64,000 bases of DNA from Gammaproteobacteria bacterium (GTDB lineage Bacteria; Pseudomonadota; Gammaproteobacteria; Eutrophobiales; Eutrophobiaceae). Shown in pieces: positions 19,577 through 30,622 of this stretch (positions are counted from its first letter, which is position 1; every line of letters starts with the position of its first letter). The notes under the pieces are model-generated. The model did no database searches. It saw nothing but the letters and a program-made list of their open reading frames with translations, and was not told where the DNA came from. The position numbers and the translations under genes were made by a program. The DNA lies in the NCBI GenBank assembly GCA_965240365.1, contig OZ251218.1, forward strand, positions 2,648,922 through 2,712,921, in the 5' to 3' direction.

Positions 19577-19860
19577 ATGTTCATTAAAGCTCGAAAGCAA
19601 CTGATCGACTGGGTGCAGAAGCAACTCATCGGCCCGCCCGAGCCGGCGGCCGGGGGGTCGCGCCTGCGTGGTGTGCTGCCCACCGAGCGTTTCCCCTCGC
19701 CGCGCCATCGGCTTTGCGCAGATTAGCGATTTCAAGGGGCTTGAGAGCGAAGTCGTTATCCTGGTCGATATGCCCGGCCCCGGCCACAGTGAATCCGTGC
19801 GCCCGCTGCATTATGTCGGCATGAGCAGGGCGCGCGCTGTTGAGCATGATCTATCGCTGA
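19577..19860 (+). pseudogene. Chimeric remnant: N-terminus of a DrmA-like helicase joined to the C-terminus of a UvrD-like helicase
   Basis: MFIKARKQLIDWVQKQLIGP...LRGVLPTERFP, then out of frame FKGLESEVVILVD...LHYVGMSRAR (SF1 motifs V/VI). Confidence 0.5.
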
Positions 19861-20074
19861 CGCCGAGCAGGGCGAATCTCCCGAACAGAGTGGCCCCGCT
19901 ATGGCCCGTGAGTGGCGGCAGAAAAGGCCGGGCTGCGGATTACTGAGGCAAAAAACATTGGCAGAGCCGCTCAGGCTAAGGTAAAGCGGCATTCAAGCAA
20001 TAATTAATGCGCAGGTTTGTTACTTACAAGATTAACCAAGTGTGCTACCGTATCTCTATGGGAAGAGATAGCAA

Positions 20075-20371
20075 TTGATTCGGACTTTTCGGGACCGCTG
20101 GCTAAGAGAGTTTTATCTGCAAGATAAAACCAGCAAGAAGATACCCGCTGAAGTCGAAGGCCGATTGTTCCGCAAGCTACAGTTAATTGATGACGCGACC
20201 TCTGATCTTGACTTGCGGTCGCCTCCCGGTAATCATTTTGAAAAGTTGAGAGGAAATCTGGCCGGTAAGTGCTCAATTCGCGTCAACAGACAGTGGCGAT
20301 TGATCTTTACCTGGTCGGGCGAACGTGGTGAGGCCCGGGATATCTATCTGGATAACCACGATTATCATTGA
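20075..20371 (+). CDS. higB: HigB/RelE-family toxin
   Basis: MIRTFRD...DLRSPPGNHFEKLRG...SIRVNRQWRLIF. Confidence 0.88.
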   Translation: MIRTFRDRWLREFYLQDKTSKKIPAEVEGRLFRKLQLIDDATSDLDLRSPPGNHFEKLRGNLAGKCSIRVNRQWRLIFTWSGERGEARDIYLDNHDYH

Positions 20372-20379
20372 GGCAGGCG

Positions 20380-20682
20380 ATGAATATCACAAAACGAAAA
20401 CCCGTGAGTGTCGGTGAAATGCTGACTGAGGAATTCCTCGCGCCCATGGCGCTGAGCCGGGCGCAACTGGCCGGGGCGATGGGCGTCAGTCAAAAAATCG
20501 TCAATGAATTGTGTGCTAATCGCCGCGCCATCACAGCCGACACGGCGCTAATGCTGGCCAGGGTATTTGGTAACAGCGCTGATTTCTGGTTGAATTTGCA
20601 ACAACGTAACGAGCTCTGGAAGGCGCTTAACACACCAGAGCGGCGGGCCCGGATCGACAAGGCCAAACCGATTGCCGCCTGA
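20380..20682 (+). CDS. higA: HigA antitoxin (HTH)
   Basis: GEMLTEEFLAPM...RAITADTALMLARVFGNSADFWLNLQ; toxin-first gene order. Confidence 0.9.
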   Translation: MNITKRKPVSVGEMLTEEFLAPMALSRAQLAGAMGVSQKIVNELCANRRAITADTALMLARVFGNSADFWLNLQQRNELWKALNTPERRARIDKAKPIAA

Positions 20683-20755
20683 GTCAGATTGAGCATGATA
20701 TTTAGCATGGTATTGCTGTCTGCCATTGAAATTAAATAGAAAAAATGGCTCGTTT

Positions 20756-20773
20756 ACAATTGAGTGGGAGTGA
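20756..20773 (+). repeat. attR-like direct repeat ACAATTGAGTGGGAGTGA
   Basis: Encodes TIEWE*, duplicating the guaA terminus. Confidence 0.8.
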
Positions 20774-21225
20774 TTTTAGCGGACGTAGTCCACGCGAACA
20801 CCTCTCTATACTGCATCGGCTAACCCGCTTTATATGTTCGTCAATTTAATAGCAATGCCAGAGTGCCATAATAAGCAAGGTGTTTTTTCTACAGCGGCTT
20901 CAATGACAAGCTCTTATACGGGCCTAATGCTGGCCCCGGCCTTAAGCGCAAGGATCTAGCGCCAGCCCTTTCTCTTTTCTCAGACTGACATTCGCGGATT
21001 TGCCGAAGATCGGGATCCCCGTTACAGTCAGCTACTGGTCCGTCAATTGATCCCGAATCCGGACCAGATGGCCCATGCTTTGGCGCGCAAAATCAACTGG
21101 CGCATTCAGCCCTTCGGTAGTCCAGGCAGTGAGTGCGAAATAAGGGACTATTCCCTTACAAAGCGGCGCGCTCGGATCGGGAAGGGCAAACCGATTGCCG
21201 TGTGACAGCGGCGGGAGTATCTGCA

Positions 21226-21795
21226 ATGAAGATGATGATTCTACATGCCGGTCTGATTTTATTTGCCCTCAGCCTCGGCCTGACAGGTTTTGCTGACGCC
21301 AGGGCAGATTTTACCGCATTGCGGGCGGAGGTTGAGCAGCAGGCCCGGGAGGGGCAGGTCGAGGCGCAGTATGATCTGGGCGTGATGCACTATCGCGGCG
21401 ATGGCGTGCCGAGGGATTTTAAGCAGGCCGCGGACTGGTTTCTAAAGGCGGCGCAACAGGACTTTGCCGCCGCGCAGCATAATCTGGCCGTGATGTATTA
21501 CCACGGCCAGGGTTTCCCCAGGGATTATGGTCAGGCCGCAAAATGGCTGCGCAAAGCGGCAGAGCAGGGCAAGGCCGATTCACAGGCGATCCTCGGTCTT
21601 ATGTATCTCAAGGGGCAGGGCTTACCGAAGGATTATGTCCGTGGCCATGTATGGCTCAGCCTCGCCGAGGCAAACGGCATGGCCGGCGCGTTTGAAAATT
21701 CAGGCGCTATAGAGGCACTGATGACCGCCGATCAGATCGCGGAGGCAAAGCGGTTGGCGGAGGCATGTCAGCGACAGCGCTATAAGGGCTGTTAA
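21226..21795 (+). CDS. Secreted Sel1-like repeat protein
   Basis: Signal peptide from ATG 21226; AQYDLGVMHYRGDGVPRD, AQHNLAVMYYHGQG and SQAILGLMYLKGQG repeats. Confidence 0.9.
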   Translation: MKMMILHAGLILFALSLGLTGFADARADFTALRAEVEQQAREGQVEAQYDLGVMHYRGDGVPRDFKQAADWFLKAAQQDFAAAQHNLAVMYYHGQGFPRDYGQAAKWLRKAAEQGKADSQAILGLMYLKGQGLPKDYVRGHVWLSLAEANGMAGAFENSGAIEALMTADQIAEAKRLAEACQRQRYKGC

Positions 21796-21871
21796 AGTGC
21801 CGCATGTCAATTCGGCCTGTCCGCCAGAGCCGCTCATTGCTGTCAGGCCCTAAGGCAGGAATGGCGATCTC

Positions 21872-22330
21872 ATGCAGGATCCTGCTTACTGGATGCGGCG
21901 CGCCCTGGAGTTGGCAAGGCAGGCCGAGCGCTCGGGCGAGGTCCCGGTGGGCGCCGTTATTGTGTTTGAAGACAAGCTGATCGGCGAAGGCTGGAACCGG
22001 CCTGTCGCCAGCCATGACCCGTCCGCCCATGCCGAGATTATGGCCTTGCGTCAGGCCGGCGCAACGATGAAGAATTACCGTCTGCCCGGCGCAAGCATGT
22101 ATGTCAGCCTGGAGCCGTGCGCCATGTGCGCCGGCGCGTTGATCCATGCGCGTCTGTCCAGGCTGGTGTATGCCATTGCCGACCCAAAGTCCGGCGCCTG
22201 TGGCAGCGTCTTTAATCTCCTGCAAGGCAAGGAATTGAATCACCGGGTGCAAATAGAGCAAGGCGTGCTGGCCGAACCATGCCGGGCCGTGTTGCAGGCT
22301 TTTTTCAGGGCAAAAAGAGGCCGTCAATGA
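21872..22330 (+). CDS. tadA: tRNA adenosine(34) deaminase
   Basis: EVPVGAV, HDPSAHAEIMALR, SLEPCAMCAGA. Confidence 0.95.
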   Translation: MQDPAYWMRRALELARQAERSGEVPVGAVIVFEDKLIGEGWNRPVASHDPSAHAEIMALRQAGATMKNYRLPGASMYVSLEPCAMCAGALIHARLSRLVYAIADPKSGACGSVFNLLQGKELNHRVQIEQGVLAEPCRAVLQAFFRAKRGRQ

Positions 22331-22818
22331 ATACCGCGGAAAGTCAGGCCGGGCGGCTTGCGCGGCTGTTGCTTAAATGTTCAGGGCAACTGGTCACGGC
22401 CGAGTCCTGCACGGGGGGCGGTCTGGCAGAGATTTTGACGCGCCTGCCCGGCAGTTCGAACTGGTTTGAGCGTGGCTATGTCACTTATTCCAACGAGGCC
22501 AAGATGGAACTGCTGGATGTCCGCCGCGAGACGCTGGCGCGCTATGGCGCGGTCAGCGAGCAAACGGCAAGAGAGATGGTCATCGGCGCCGTTAAGCACA
22601 GTCATGCGCGGCTTGGCGTTGCTATCACCGGCATCGCCGGCCCCGGCGGCGGCGCGCCCGAAAAACCGGTCGGCACGGTCTGCCTGGGCTGGTATCTGCC
22701 GGAGGCGGAGGTCAGGACCAGGCGCGTTGTGTTTGAAGGCGATCGGCGGACGGTCAGGGAACAGTCCTGTTTATGCGCATTGCAGGGCCTGCTGGCCGGC
22801 CTGGAGCGTGGCGACTGA
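22327..22818 (+). CDS. cinA: CinA-family nicotinamide-nucleotide amidohydrolase (PncC-like)
   Basis: TAESCTGG, YSNEAK, GAVSE, ITGIAGPGGG...KPVGTV; upstream of recA. Confidence 0.92.
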   Translation: MNTAESQAGRLARLLLKCSGQLVTAESCTGGGLAEILTRLPGSSNWFERGYVTYSNEAKMELLDVRRETLARYGAVSEQTAREMVIGAVKHSHARLGVAITGIAGPGGGAPEKPVGTVCLGWYLPEAEVRTRRVVFEGDRRTVREQSCLCALQGLLAGLERGD

Positions 22819-23005
22819 TTTTGCCGGCGACGGGCAGGCCCGGAACAGGCCGCCGGGGACGCCCGCGCCGCCGTCCCGCGCCGCTCAGGGATAAAGCAGG
22901 GACACAAAACCAAAGACATCTAAAAGAATATAAACTATCCTTGTCATTCCCGGCCGTTGCAACTCACGGCGCGGCATTCGGCAATTTGAAGCGGAGATAA
23001 AGATA

Positions 23006-24085
23006 ATGGGTGCAGCAAGTATGGAAGATGACAAGAAGCGGGCGCTGTCGATGGCGCTCGGCCAGATTGAAAAACAATTTGGCAAGGGATCCGTGATGAA
23101 GATGGGCGACCGGCCCGTGGTCGGGATCCCGACCGTGAGCACCGGTTCCCTCGGGCTCGACATTGCCCTGGGCGCGGGCGGCCTGCCTTATGGCCGCATC
23201 GTTGAAATCTACGGGCCGGAATCCTCCGGCAAAACCACCCTGACCCTGTCCGCGATTGCCGAGGCGCAAAAACAGGGCAAGACCTGCGCCTTTATAGACG
23301 CCGAGCACGCGCTTGACCCGGTTTATGCGGAAAAGCTCGGCGTGAATATTGATGATCTGCTGGTCTCGCAGCCGGACACGGGCGAGCAGGCCCTTGAAAT
23401 CTGCGACATGCTGGTGCGCAGCGGCGCGGTCGAACTGGTGGTGATCGACTCGGTCGCGGCGCTCGTGCCCAGGGCCGAGATAGAGGGCGAGATGGGCGAT
23501 TCCCACATGGGCCTCGCGGCCCGTTTGATGTCTCAGGCGCTGCGAAAACTCACCGGCAATATCAAGCGCGCGAATTGCTGTGTCATCTTTATCAACCAGA
23601 TCCGCATGAAGATCGGCGTTATGTTCGGCAATCCCGAGACCACGACCGGCGGCAATGCCCTCAAATTTTACGCCTCCGTGCGGCTGGATATCCGCCGTAT
23701 CGGCGCCATCAAGAAGGCCGACGAAGTGGTCGGCAATGAGACCCGGGTCAAGGTGGTCAAGAACAAGATCGCGCCGCCCTTCAAGCAGGCCGAGTTTGAT
23801 ATTTTATACGGCGAGGGTATCTCGCGTCTGGGTGAAATTATCGAACTCGGCGTGAAACAGGGCCTGATTGACAAGGCCGGCGCCTGGTACAGCTATGGCG
23901 ATGAACGTATCGGGCAGGGCAAGGACAATGTCCGCAATTACCTGAAAGAAAACCCGGAGATTGCCGAACGGCTCGAAAAGGCGCTGCGCGAGAAATTACT
24001 GCCCGGCGCGGCCGCGGAACAGGCCGGCCCGGACTCCGGCCCTGGCGCCGGCAAGGCCGCGAAAAAAGCCGGGGCGGCCCCCTGA
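23006..24085 (+). CDS. recA: Recombinase A
   Basis: [45 protein letters not shown]. Confidence 0.99.
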   Translation: MGAASMEDDKKRALSMALGQIEKQFGKGSVMKMGDRPVVGIPTVSTGSLGLDIALGAGGLPYGRIVEIYGPESSGKTTLTLSAIAEAQKQGKTCAFIDAEHALDPVYAEKLGVNIDDLLVSQPDTGEQALEICDMLVRSGAVELVVIDSVAALVPRAEIEGEMGDSHMGLAARLMSQALRKLTGNIKRANCCVIFINQIRMKIGVMFGNPETTTGGNALKFYASVRLDIRRIGAIKKADEVVGNETRVKVVKNKIAPPFKQAEFDILYGEGISRLGEIIELGVKQGLIDKAGAWYSYGDERIGQGKDNVRNYLKENPEIAERLEKALREKLLPGAAAEQAGPDSGPGAGKAAKKAGAAP

Positions 24086-24096
24086 GCGGCGATTTA

Positions 24097-24513
24097 TTGC
24101 AAAGGGCCTGTGATCTGCTCGCAAGGCGCGAGCACACCCGCGCGGAACTGCGCCACAAGCTCGCGCGCGGCGGCGCGGCCGCGGCCCGGATCGAGGCCGT
24201 GCTGGCGCAACTCGCGGCCGAAGGTTTGCAAAGCGATGCGCGTTTTGCCGAACACTTTGTCCAGCAGCGGGTCAATAAGGGGCAGGGCCCCATGAAGATT
24301 CGCCAGGCATTGCAGCAGCGCGGGGTTGAGCCGGAGTTGATATTGCAATATCTGGATGCCGGGCAGATCGACTGGCTGACGCTTGCCCGCCGGGTGCGGG
24401 CCGGGAAGTTTGGCGAGACGCCCCCGGCCGATGATCAAAACAGGGCAAGACAGGCGCGCTTCCTGTACAGTCGCGGCTTTGGCGGCGATGTTATTAACAG
24501 GGCGATTAAATAG
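24097..24513 (+). CDS. recX: RecA regulator RecX (start uncertain)
   Basis: LLARREH..ELR.KL, SDARFAE, GP.KIRQAL, ARFLYSRGF; directly after recA. Confidence 0.9.
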   Translation: MQRACDLLARREHTRAELRHKLARGGAAAARIEAVLAQLAAEGLQSDARFAEHFVQQRVNKGQGPMKIRQALQQRGVEPELILQYLDAGQIDWLTLARRVRAGKFGETPPADDQNRARQARFLYSRGFGGDVINRAIK

Positions 24514-24551
24514 GTTTGCCTGTGGTAGGCAGGCTGGAACAAGGCCTTATC

Positions 24552-24615
24552 GTCATTCCCGCTGCGCGGGAATGTATAGTAAAAACCACTGGATTCCGGC
24601 CTGCGCCGGAATGAC
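24552..24615. repeat. REP-like palindrome pair between recX and alaS
   Basis: GTCATTCCCGCTGCGCGGGAAT and TGGATTCCGGCCTGCGCCGGAATGAC. Confidence 0.8.
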
Positions 24616-24657
24616 GTTAATCAGATTCCAAACTGAACGATTAATACTTAAACAGCA

Positions 24658-27261
24658 ATGAAAACCGCTAACGAGATTCGCCGCTCATTCCTGGACTTTT
24701 TCAAGTCCCGGGGGCATGAAATCGTGCCGAGTAGTTCGCTTGTGCCGGCCAATGACCCGACCCTGTTATTCACCAATGCCGGCATGGTGCAATTCAAGGA
24801 GCTGTTTCTGGGGCAGGAGCAACGCGCCTATAAACGGGCCGCCTCGGCCCAGCGCTGTGTGCGGGCCGGCGGCAAGCATAATGATCTGGAAAACGTGGGC
24901 TATACCGCGCGGCATCACACCTTCTTTGAGATGCTCGGCAATTTCAGCTTCGGCGATTACTTCAAGCAGGAAGCCATCGCCTTTGCCTGGGAATACCTGA
25001 CCGGGGTGTTAAAGCTGCCCGCGGAGCGGCTCTGGATCACCGTGTTTGAAGACGATGACGAAGCCGCGGCCATCTGGCTGAACGAGATCGGCGTTGACCC
25101 GCAAAGATTCAGCTATTGCGGCGCAAAAGAGAACTTCTGGGCCATGGGCGACACCGGCCCCTGCGGCCCGTGCAGCGAGATCTTCTATGACCACGGCGCG
25201 CAAATCCCGGGCGGCCCGCCCGGCAGCGAAACGGCCGAACTGGACCGTTACATCGAGATCTGGAACCTGGTCTTTACCCAGTACAACCGGGATCCGGACG
25301 GCAATCTGCGGCCCATCCCCAGCCCCTCGGTCGATACCGGCATGGGCCTTGAGCGCATCACGGCCGTGTTGCAGGGCGTCCACAACAACTACGAAACCGA
25401 ACTTTTCCAGCGCATCATCCAGGGCATACAAGACTTGCGCGGCGCTGACGAACTCGAACTCACCTCCAGCCGCGTGGTGGCCGATCATATCCGCTCCTGC
25501 GCCTTCCTGATTACCGACGGCGTCCTGCCCTCCAACGAAAGGCGCGGTTATGTGCTGCGCCGCATTATCCGCCGGGCGATACGGCATGGCGACAAGCTCG
25601 GCTTCAAGGAACCGTTCTTTTACAAACTGGTCGGCGTGCTGGCCGAAGTCATGGGCGCGGCCTATCCCGAACTGCCCGCGGCCAGGGGCCATGTCGAGAA
25701 GGTATTGCTGAATGAAGAACAGCGCTTTGCCGAAACCCTGGAACAGGGGCTTAAGCTGCTGGATGAACTCATCCACGGGCTGGACGGCGCCGTTATCGGC
25801 GGCGAGGCCGTGTTCCGTCTGTATGACACCTACGGTTTCCCGGTGGACCTGACGGCCGATATTGCCCGTGAACGGGGCCTCGCAATCGACCTGGAAGGCT
25901 TCAACCAGGCCATGACAAAACAGCGCCAGCGCGCGCGCAAGGCCAGCCGCTTCGCCGAAACCAGCGTTGCCGGGGCCGCTGACCGGCCCACCCGCTTTAC
26001 CGGTTATGAGCACATGCGGCAAACAACCGGCGTGACCGCCATATACCGGGACGGGCGCTCCGTGCAATCTCTGCAAGAGGGCGAGAGCGGCGGCGTTATC
26101 CTGGCAGAGACGCCCTTTTATGCGGAGGGAGGCGGCCAGATCGGGGATCAGGGCGAATTGCAGATCGGCGCGGCCCTGTTTGAAGTCGAAGACACCAAAA
26201 AACAGGGCCAGTCGTATATTCATCTTGGTCTCATGCAGGCCGGTTCGATCCAAGTCGGTGACACCGTCGATGCGGCCGTGGATCAATCGCGCCGCGCCCA
26301 TGTCATGCGCAATCACTCGGCCACCCATCTGCTAAACGCGACCCTCAGAAAAGTCCTGGGCGATCATGTCTTGCAGAAAGGCTCGCTGGTGGCGGCCGAT
26401 CGGCTGCGCTTTGACTTCTCGCACGGCGAGCCGTTGACACGCGCTGAAATCACACAAATCGAACAGCGCGTCAATGCCCAGATCCTGGCCAATGCAGCGA
26501 CCCGCATCCGGGTCATGCCGCTGGCCGAGGCCAGGGCCGCCGGGGCCCTGTCGCTGTCTGGCGAGAAATACGAAGATCCCGTGCGGGTGCTGAATATCGG
26601 CGGTGAATTTTCCTGTGAGCTTTGCGGCGGCACCCATGTCGAGCGGGCCGGCGACATCGGCTTATTCAAGATCACCTCGGAATCGGGGATCGCCTCGGGC
26701 ATTCGCCGGATTGAGGCCGTGACCGGGGCCGGCGCATTACGCTGGGTGGAAGACGCCGATGCGAAGTTGCAGCAGATGTCCGAACTGCTGAAAACAGACG
26801 TGGAATCGGTCGCCGCCCGCCTGAATCTGCACATCGAAAAGTCGCGCCGGCTGGAAAAGGAACTGGCGCAACTCAAGGGCCGGCTGGCCAGCAGCGCCGG
26901 CTCTGATATGGCCGCCGAGGCCAGCACCATTGAAGGCGTCAAGGTGATCGCCCGCACCCTGGACGGGGTTGACGCCAGGACCCTGCGCGATACCGTTGAC
27001 CAGCTTAAAAACAAACTCGGCACGGCCGCGCTGGTGCTGGCCAGCGTGGCCGATTCCCGGGTCAGCCTGGTGGCCGGCGTGACCCCGGACAATATTGACC
27101 GCATCAAGGCCGGCGATCTGGTCAATTTTGTCGCCCGTCAGGTCGGCGGCCGCGGCGGCGGCCGGCCCGATATGGCCCAGGCCGGCGGCAATGACCCGGC
27201 CGCGCTCCCCGGCGCCCTGGAAAAAGTGCCGGACTGGGTCCGCGCGCGGCTCAGCGCCTGA
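24658..27261 (+). CDS. alaS: Alanine--tRNA ligase
   Basis: [60 protein letters not shown]. Confidence 0.99.
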   Translation: MKTANEIRRSFLDFFKSRGHEIVPSSSLVPANDPTLLFTNAGMVQFKELFLGQEQRAYKRAASAQRCVRAGGKHNDLENVGYTARHHTFFEMLGNFSFGDYFKQEAIAFAWEYLTGVLKLPAERLWITVFEDDDEAAAIWLNEIGVDPQRFSYCGAKENFWAMGDTGPCGPCSEIFYDHGAQIPGGPPGSETAELDRYIEIWNLVFTQYNRDPDGNLRPIPSPSVDTGMGLERITAVLQGVHNNYETELFQRIIQGIQDLRGADELELTSSRVVADHIRSCAFLITDGVLPSNERRGYVLRRIIRRAIRHGDKLGFKEPFFYKLVGVLAEVMGAAYPELPAARGHVEKVLLNEEQRFAETLEQGLKLLDELIHGLDGAVIGGEAVFRLYDTYGFPVDLTADIARERGLAIDLEGFNQAMTKQRQRARKASRFAETSVAGAADRPTRFTGYEHMRQTTGVTAIYRDGRSVQSLQEGESGGVILAETPFYAEGGGQIGDQGELQIGAALFEVEDTKKQGQSYIHLGLMQAGSIQVGDTVDAAVDQSRRAHVMRNHSATHLLNATLRKVLGDHVLQKGSLVAADRLRFDFSHGEPLTRAEITQIEQRVNAQILANAATRIRVMPLAEARAAGALSLSGEKYEDPVRVLNIGGEFSCELCGGTHVERAGDIGLFKITSESGIASGIRRIEAVTGAGALRWVEDADAKLQQMSELLKTDVESVAARLNLHIEKSRRLEKELAQLKGRLASSAGSDMAAEASTIEGVKVIARTLDGVDARTLRDTVDQLKNKLGTAALVLASVADSRVSLVAGVTPDNIDRIKAGDLVNFVARQVGGRGGGRPDMAQAGGNDPAALPGALEKVPDWVRARLSA

Positions 27262-27325
27262 ATGCCTGCTTTCCGTATTTCCCGCTGCCGTTAAAATCCC
27301 CCGTTTTTCTTGTTAATAAGGCGAT

Positions 27326-28576
27326 ATGGCGCTGATAGTGCAAAAATATGGCGGCACCTCGGTCGGCACGATTGAGCGGATCCAGGCCGTGGCGGACAGG
27401 GTTATCGAGGCCAAAAAGGCCGGCAATCAGGTCGTGGTGGTGGTGTCGGCCATGAGCGGCGAGACCGACCGCCTGCTCTCGCTGGCCAACCGGCTGTCGC
27501 ACACGCCCACGCCGCGGGAACTGGACGTGCTGCTGGCGACCGGCGAACAGGTGACGATCGCGCTGTTGAGCATGGCGCTGGCGGAGAAGGGCTGCCCGGC
27601 CGTCTCCTACACCGGCGGACAGGTTCATATCCGCACCGACAACCGGCACAACAAGGCCCGCATCGTCGATATCGAGTCGGCCCGGGTGCACAAGGCCCTG
27701 GGACAGGGCAAGATCGTGGTGGTCGCGGGTTTTCAGGGCATCGACGAAGACGGCAATATCACCACCCTGGGGCGGGGCGGATCCGACACCACCGCGGTCG
27801 CCATGGCGACCGCGCTCTCGGCCGACGAATGCCGCATCTTCACCGATGTCGATGGCGTTTATACCGCAGATCCGCGCATCGTCGATGACGCCCGCCGTAT
27901 CCCCGTCATCAGTTACGAAGAAATGCTGGAGATGGCCAGCCTGGGCTCCAGGGTGTTGCAGATTCGGGCCGTCGAATTTGCGCGCAAATACAACATCAAC
28001 CTGCGCGTGCTGTCCAGCTTTGAAGACGGTCCGGGCACCTTGATCACGCATGAGGACAACAATATGGAAAAGCCCCTGATATCCGGCGTTACCCACAACA
28101 AGGACGAGGCCAAACTGACCCTGATCGGCGTCGCCGACCGGCCGGGCATCGCCTCGCAAATACTAGGGCCGATCGCGGACGCCAACATTGAAGTGGATAT
28201 GATCGTGCAAAATGTCGTGGTGCAGGACAACACCACCGACTTCACCTTCACCGTGCATCGCGATGAGTACCAAAAGGCCCTGTCGATCCTCAAACAGAAC
28301 TCGGCCGAGATCGGCGCGAAAGACGTGACGGGCGATAACAGGATTGTCAAGCTCTCCGTGGTGGGGGTGGGCATGCGCTCGCACGCGGGCATCGCCAGCC
28401 GCATGTTCAGGGCGCTGGCGGGGGAAGGGATCAACATCCAGATGATCTCGACCTCGGAAATCAAGATCTCCGTGGTGGTGGCCGAAAAATACCTGGAACT
28501 GGGCGTGCGCTGCCTGCATTCGGCCTTCGGCCTCGAAAATGGCGCCGTTTCGGCGGAACGTGTCGATGAATCTTGA
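27326..28576 (+). CDS. lysC: Aspartate kinase
   Basis: VQKYGGTSVG, VVSAM, TLGRGGSDTTAV, DVDGVYTADPR, two ACT domains. Confidence 0.97.
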   Translation: MALIVQKYGGTSVGTIERIQAVADRVIEAKKAGNQVVVVVSAMSGETDRLLSLANRLSHTPTPRELDVLLATGEQVTIALLSMALAEKGCPAVSYTGGQVHIRTDNRHNKARIVDIESARVHKALGQGKIVVVAGFQGIDEDGNITTLGRGGSDTTAVAMATALSADECRIFTDVDGVYTADPRIVDDARRIPVISYEEMLEMASLGSRVLQIRAVEFARKYNINLRVLSSFEDGPGTLITHEDNNMEKPLISGVTHNKDEAKLTLIGVADRPGIASQILGPIADANIEVDMIVQNVVVQDNTTDFTFTVHRDEYQKALSILKQNSAEIGAKDVTGDNRIVKLSVVGVGMRSHAGIASRMFRALAGEGINIQMISTSEIKISVVVAEKYLELGVRCLHSAFGLENGAVSAERVDES

Positions 28577-28693
28577 TAAGACAGCCGTATAATTTATCGG
28601 ACAAGACAGGAAAGCGACATTATCCCCGCGTTTAAGGGCTATAATAGAAGAGGGAGAAAAAAACCGATTGAAAGAAGGATCAGGAGATTACAA

Positions 28694-28900
28694 ATGTTGA
28701 TATTGACCCGGCGGGTAGGTGAGTCATTGATGATAGGCGATGAAATCAACGTGACCGTACTTGGGATTCGCGGCAATCAAGTGCGTATTGGTGTAAATGC
28801 GCCCAAAGATGTCGCCGTGCATCGTGAAGAAATATATGACCGGATAAAACAGGAAAAAACGGATGAAGCGCCATCATCCGGGCTGCAAGGCAGCGGCTGA
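28694..28900 (+). CDS. csrA: Carbon storage regulator
   Basis: [18 protein letters not shown]...[20 protein letters not shown]. Confidence 0.98.
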   Translation: MLILTRRVGESLMIGDEINVTVLGIRGNQVRIGVNAPKDVAVHREEIYDRIKQEKTDEAPSSGLQGSG

Positions 28901-28981
28901 TCGCGGGCAGGGCCTGCCGGGCCGGGCTGGTTGGAGCCGGCCGGATTGCGCCCTGTCCGTGGCGGCAATAAAACAGTAATT

Positions 28982-30622
28982 TCACCCCGTGGAGAGGTGG
29001 CCGAGTGGCTGAAGGCGCTCCCCTGCTAAGGGAGTATACGGTTTATCCCGTATCGAGGGTTCGAATCCCTCTCTCTCCGCCATTTTGAAATTCGAGTTCC
29101 TGAAATCACCTAAGAGCTTGAAAGGTAAGGTGGTTTTGGGTGTTCGAAACCCGTGAAATCGCTGATAGACAAGATGTTCCCCAAACGTCAGTTTGAGGAA
29201 TGCTCTTTTGTCCTCTAATGCGTCTGAAACCCATAGTACAAGGGGGTTTTTCAAAAACCGCATGAGTGTTCGAACAGTTTCATCAAAACCGCGTCTGATC
29301 TGCCCCTCGGATTGCATTTTTTCGCTCAGCAATAGTTTTTCTTCTTCTAATGATTTGATCTTTTTCTCATAGGCCGCGATCACCGATGGCGTATCAGCCT
29401 CGACGATGTGATCCAGCAACTGATCTGTTTTTTGTTCGATGGTTGCTATCTGCGACTTAAAATGCTGCATACGCGCCTGTTTGTTTTGTATCTCCCTGTC
29501 CCAAAGGTTCCTGAACAGCTTTTGCGCCATGGACGCGGCCCCTTTGGACGGCACTATTTTTTTGATCAAAGTGTGGAATTCACCTTCCATCCGGTCGCGC
29601 TTGATAGACTTGCGATAGCTTTCGCAGCCCTTTTTGAAGCACAAATAATAGGGGTGCTTTTTGCCGCTTTTGCTGGTTGACCAGCAAGCCGTTAAGGCTT
29701 CGCCGCAATCACCGCACAGCACCGCTCCGCGCAGCGGGAAATCTGCCTGAAGATTCTTGCGGGTTGGGGCATAGGCTTTTTCTTGCAGGCGCTCCTGAAT
29801 ACGCTTATAGGTCGCAAAAGTAATCAATCCTTCATGCAGACCTTCCCGAAGCGCAATGCCTCGCTGGGGAAATTCGACATAGCCTGTATAGATCACGCGG
29901 GTCAGGATGTCATTGACAAGCTGATTACGCACCTTGCCGTGTCCGTCTTTGGGGAAATCCGGCTGACTTTCCAGATACCGGGCGACTTCGGCCTGCGTTC
30001 TGAGTTGTCCATACGCGTATCTATTAAGGGCATTGGCAATAATACTGGCGACAGGTTCAGCGCGTACCAAAATATTGGTCTGGCCTTTGCCGGGGTTCAG
30101 GCGTTTGTAACCCATAGGTTCAGAAAACGGCCAGTGCCCTCGCAATAAGCAGCCGGTTTGACGATTGATCACCTGCTCGGAATATTTGCGTGACGTGTGA
30201 TGCGCAAACAGCGCCGCCATATTCTCACTCATTTCAGAGTCGGCGTCATCGCCAAATTGCTGGTTTGGCGACATCAATATGCCGCCGGCTTTGGTAATGG
30301 CTTTGCGTAATGACCTATGCGCGTCAATATCCCGCGCCAGACGGCTGATGTCGTCAATTAAAACAATTTGCGGTGTCTTGCGGTGTTTGCGCAAATAGGC
30401 CAGCATCGCTTTCATGCCGGGGCGATCTTCCGTGCGCCCGGTGATATTGTCCTTGAAGATTTCCACCACCTCGGCGTTAAGATAATTCTCCGCATAATCA
30501 CTCAGCCGCATCACCTGTGAAGCGAGCGATTGACTTTGCTCAGCCTGCCGGAGCGTGGATACCCTCGCGTAAATAACAGCATGTCCTGGCTTACTCATTC
30601 TGCTCTGCCTTTCCCGCCTCAT
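28982..30622 (-). CDS. Large serine recombinase (integrase); ORF reads through the tRNA on the antisense strand
   Basis: AVIYARVST, DDISRLARD, recombinase domain, zinc ribbon CGDCG...YYLC; last ~33 codons are antisense tRNA. Confidence 0.92.
   Translation of the reverse strand: MRRERQSRMSKPGHAVIYARVSTLRQAEQSQSLASQVMRLSDYAENYLNAEVVEIFKDNITGRTEDRPGMKAMLAYLRKHRKTPQIVLIDDISRLARDIDAHRSLRKAITKAGGILMSPNQQFGDDADSEMSENMAALFAHHTSRKYSEQVINRQTGCLLRGHWPFSEPMGYKRLNPGKGQTNILVRAEPVASIIANALNRYAYGQLRTQAEVARYLESQPDFPKDGHGKVRNQLVNDILTRVIYTGYVEFPQRGIALREGLHEGLITFATYKRIQERLQEKAYAPTRKNLQADFPLRGAVLCGDCGEALTACWSTSKSGKKHPYYLCFKKGCESYRKSIKRDRMEGEFHTLIKKIVPSKGAASMAQKLFRNLWDREIQNKQARMQHFKSQIATIEQKTDQLLDHIVEADTPSVIAAYEKKIKSLEEEKLLLSEKMQSEGQIRRGFDETVRTLMRFLKNPLVLWVSDALEDKRAFLKLTFGEHLVYQRFHGFRTPKTTLPFKLLGDFRNSNFKMAEREGFEPSIRDKPYTPLAGERLQPLGHLSTG
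28991..29082 (+). tRNA. tRNA-Ser(GCT)
   Basis: GGAGAGGTGGCCGAGTGG...CTGCTAA anticodon loop, long variable arm, GGTTCGAATCC, terminal CCA; usual position after csrA. Confidence 0.97.

Larger units (their letters stand above)
1727..20773. mobile_element. Genomic (defence) island integrated at the guaA 3' end; no integrase recognisable
   Basis: Flanking direct repeats, RM/TA/defence cargo, low-GC patches; core-type genes resume shortly after 20773. Confidence 0.75.

Noticed and set aside
25009-28519. Minus-strand ORFs over alaS and lysC
   Set aside because: Antisense shadows of core genes
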